From: Tubiluchus corallicola | Lineage: Eukaryota; Animalia; Priapulida | Reading direction: 5' to 3' | Assembly: GCA_030141605.1 (NCBI GenBank) | Contig: JAQGDQ010000054.1 | Span: 124,001-188,000 of the forward strand | Length of the DNA stretch: 64,000 bases | Part shown: one piece after another, positions 49,041 through 64,000 of the stretch | Layout: each line of letters opens with the position of its first letter | Position numbering within the stretch: position 1 is the first letter of the stretch | Program-made: the position numbers and the translations under genes | The notes under the pieces: model-generated | What the model was told of the DNA's origin: nothing | What the model saw: only the letters and a program-made list of their open reading frames with translations | Database searches by the model: none

Positions 49041-49439
49041 TAGGGATGAGCATCGACATTTGAATTCGAATCGAACGAGTTTTTTAGTTCGAATTCGATT
49101 CGAACCTAAAATTATAGATTCGAATAGTTCAGCACTTCCGTCACATATTTATTATTAAAATGTCTGAAACAGCATGCAATTTGCACAATTTAGCTGCAGT
49201 TTCTGTGCAAAATCTTTAACAAACTAATAGTTATTTTACTGTAGAGCAAAATCGTGTAATATGTATGATCTATGTTAGACCACTTGTTACTACTGGTTCG
49301 AGAACTTGTTTGAAAATCTTTAAACTCAATTCGAGTTTGATTCGGATTCAAAATACTGAATTTGGTTCGAATCGAATTCAAAAGTCACAAATTCGATTCA
49401 ATTCGAGTTCACATTCTGGTAGAAAATGTCCACACCCTA
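49041..49439. mobile_element. hAT-like MITE with TTCGAA-rich subterminal repeats
   Basis: Ends TAGGGATG...CACCCTA. Both arms carry mirrored gaattcgattcgaacc / ggttcgaatcgaattc. No TSD was recognised. Confidence 0.7.
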
Positions 49440-50907
49440 CTAAAAGATACAGCCTGTTAATGCATTAATTCTATGCCGTTTACGTAGTACACATTTTATG
49501 TATAATTGATACAATATTATAAATAGTATCGGTATTATCTTATTAATGACAGAGAAGATAAATTTCATTCATTCATAATTATTTATATGCATATTTTAGC
49601 ATACAAGTATGTTTACAGAAATTCATTGTTAACATGCCTAGTATTAGCCAATAATGTACTTGGTGTCAAATCGTACGTACTTATACATGAATGCCCTAAA
49701 AAAGACAAGTAAAAATTAAATTAAATTTGACTTTTGCAACTAGTGCATATTGCAACAATGTAATTTCAATTATAAAATCGGCACATAAGCAAAACTAAAA
49801 CAGGTAATCCACAATGCAGTGCCTAAAGAATTTTTTGGAATTTGGATAAAACATTCTGCGCAGAACATTTTTTAAATTAAAATGTTTTGTGTTTTCTGAT
49901 AAACGTTTTGGAACTGTCATGAAAACATTTGCTATGTAAGACATTTTCAATATTACCTAATAATGTTTTCATCTACGTAAACTGGGAAGCTGTTTGACAG
50001 TACAAAACTGAAACCGACGCACACTGCATTGCTGTATATGCGACTCGACATGCAAGAATATGTTATTTCTGTGTGGTGTTGTAAGCCTAGCTACAATGCT
50101 ACCCTGCAGTAAGCTAAAATTGTGCGAATACTTGCTTATTGCCCAACTGCCTAAAAGTTTTAAAGGACTTTTGAAGTTTTACTTTTGTGACTTCGATTCT
50201 GTAATTAAAGCTAGACTATTGTGACTAAGTGTGTGTAAAATGGCTTGACGCATTGGCGCTTATTGTTTTTGTGATGCAGCAGATCGCTATTGTTCACATA
50301 AAATGCTAAACTAAATTTGCAATGTTTTCTACTTCGTTTATTTTATATTAACGAACTTTAATACTAAAAGAGGAAAACCAGAAAGTTTAGAGTCAACCGA
50401 CTAGCTATAATTTTTGTATCCCTAGTAACATAATAATGTTATATAAAATTTAGTGATACAATTAAAAATATTGTGAGAGGTAAGATAATAGCGATCTTTA
50501 AAAATTTAATAATAAAAAAAAAATAGGTACAATGTTAAATTACCGTGGCACCCAAATGGCCGTGCCCAAATGTCATGTACAATGGTAATGGAGACATCAT
50601 CCTGTCTACTTTCTTCTCGCTGCTACATGGTCCTATCCTTATGTAGTAGCTACGTGCTCACCAAAATGAAGTTTCATTCAGAATCAGAGATGTGAGAGAT
50701 TTACCTCCAGTTAGCTTTTTTATGGCTGATGTGATTCACGGAAAGCTTTGAAAAGTGGGACTCTTTTCTGGTAATCTCAATGCGTGATCTACCCAATTAA
50801 TTAAATCGTCTGCTTATAATTTTCTGTTATAGTTTAATTTCTTTCTTGGTTTTGACATACAACTCTTTGTTGCCTATAACTTTTGACTGTTTTATGATTT
50901 CAGGTTA

Positions 50908-51037
50908 AAGTTTACAATTCCCCATATACCAGAAATTAGTTCGTGAAGCGGATTAGGATTAGGGCTGGGTTAGAGTTAGTGTTAAAGCCAGGGTTAGGGT
51001 CAGGATATTTAAATTGTAAGGGGAATAATGTAAACCT
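50908..51037. mobile_element. Small inverted-repeat element with internal telomere-like TTAGGG repeats
   Basis: Arms gtttacaattcccc and ggggaataatgtaaac enclose ggattaggattagggctgggttagagttag...gggttagggtcagg. Confidence 0.55.
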
Positions 51038-52139
51038 CTTTCTTGTCTCCCAACAATGATCTGTAAAAACGTTTGTGAAAAGCATTAATCTCCATTCAGT
51101 TGTTCATTTATTTACAGAATCCACATTTCAGAAAGATGCGGATGCAAATATGTTGAAGATCCTAAGTTTACAGCTTTAGCTAATATTCTTGTACATCACA
51201 GCATATTGAGAATGCTGCTAGTGCCAAAATTTTCTTCTTTTATTATTTTCTTCATTGCTACTTTCTGAAGGATTGCCAAGTTGTATGTGCAATTTTCGTC
51301 GCTTTTGTGTTTTAATATGGAACTCTTCAGTTTTGCTTTGATAATTCATTGTTCGTGTGTGTGTGTTTTGATTTTACTGTCCGTTTAATGGCTTGAGTCT
51401 CTTTTTTCATTTTCACCAGGAAAGCTTCGTTGTATTGTACATGATGATAGGCTTGATAGCAAAAAGTTCCTTCTTAGCATAATAACATGTTCCTTTGGAT
51501 ATTTTCTAGATATGCTATCTGGATCTAAATCTAAATAGTTGTGTTCTTGCAAGTACAAGCTAGCTGGTTTCTTATAGGATCTCTCTAAAGGAACAGCAAA
51601 GTACGAAGTAATTAATTGGAACTGCTCTGGAGCAATCACATTGTGGATTGCTGATTAATTTGGAAAAGGCTTACTAAATTTGCTTTCGCATCTGATATTT
51701 TTATATTGTCATGATTAGTGGTTAAGCGTGTTTGTTCATAGGAACTACATATTTTTCCACAAAATAATTGTCGATTAAGGATTTAAACTTTACCATGGTT
51801 GCTGCTGCAATCACCATGTCAGGCAGATATTCCATTCATTCACCACTCTCACAGTAAATTAATATTTACGAATATTAAGCTGTGACCGCTCTTTAGACGG
51901 TTTTAGACTATGTCCTCTTGTCTTAGAATCAACAACATCTAATTTTCACTTTACAATTTTCCAATAAAATACTAATTATCTTCATCGTTTCCAAGGTTTC
52001 TTAGGGATTAGGAATTCACCAGTCCTGTTACAATTATTAGTACTTGCATGACTTCAATCTATGGTTTTGTTTACAGTTATATCTACTGTCGCAATCATTT
52101 TTATGGTTCGTTCCATTTCTCATTTTGTTAGCAGCCGGC

Positions 52140-52156
52140 ATGGTCGCCATTTTATT
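52140..52156 (+). promoter_or_regulatory. YY1-type motif near the probable USP7 transcription start
   Basis: CGCCATTTT at 52146-52154 in a CpG-richer patch about 280 nt upstream of the ATG. Confidence 0.4.
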
Positions 52157-52430
52157 CTTGTGTTTGTTTTCGTCGTATACGCAATTAAGAATTTCTGAAA
52201 GAGTTTACTATAATAAGTATTTTATCATTATGATATATAAAGCGCCTGTGGCATAAATTACCCCTGATTCAGGGGTTTGCGTTGCAGACATTGGGCGTAT
52301 CGCGAGTAAGCACGTAAAAGTGACCGTGTCCCAGAAAAACCATTCAACACCGCGAAAGGAGCGTTTTGATCTTAGCTCCCAAACTCCACCGGTCACTTCT
52401 TGCAATACAAATCCTATTAATAATCTCGCG

Positions 52431-64000
<11,570 letters not shown>

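Noticed and set aside
51190-51232. Minus-strand TTTGGCACTAGCAGCATT resembling miR-96
   Set aside because: The hairpin is short (about 45 nt) and weak, the would-be mature arm runs into the loop, and the 3' half diverges from miR-96.

Overview
AT-rich, intron-containing nuclear DNA of an invertebrate animal; the taxon cannot be fixed from the sequence. Four spliced genes were rebuilt by hand with GT-AG boundaries and consistent reading frames. (1) A complete 8-exon minus-strand gene (118-9877, 378 aa) for a type-I membrane protein: signal peptide, Kunitz domain, 6-Cys lustrin/WR1-like module, acidic stalk, TM helix and an NPDC1/CAB-1 cytoplasmic tail. (2) Cytosolic-type serine hydroxymethyltransferase (+, 28328-35970, 485 aa). 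(3) TMEM184B-like (-, 39837-48145, 472 aa). (4) The first 21 exons of USP7 (+, from 52431, running off the window). Introns and intergenic DNA hold decayed LINEs (CR1/L2/RTE), a hAT transposase relic, several MITEs and tRNA-derived SINEs. The two most notable observations are the Kunitz/Cys-module-NPDC1 architecture built from symmetric phase-1 exons, and a diverged ~230-nt SINE-like family with covarying stems whose five copies all lie in introns in the host gene's sense orientation.
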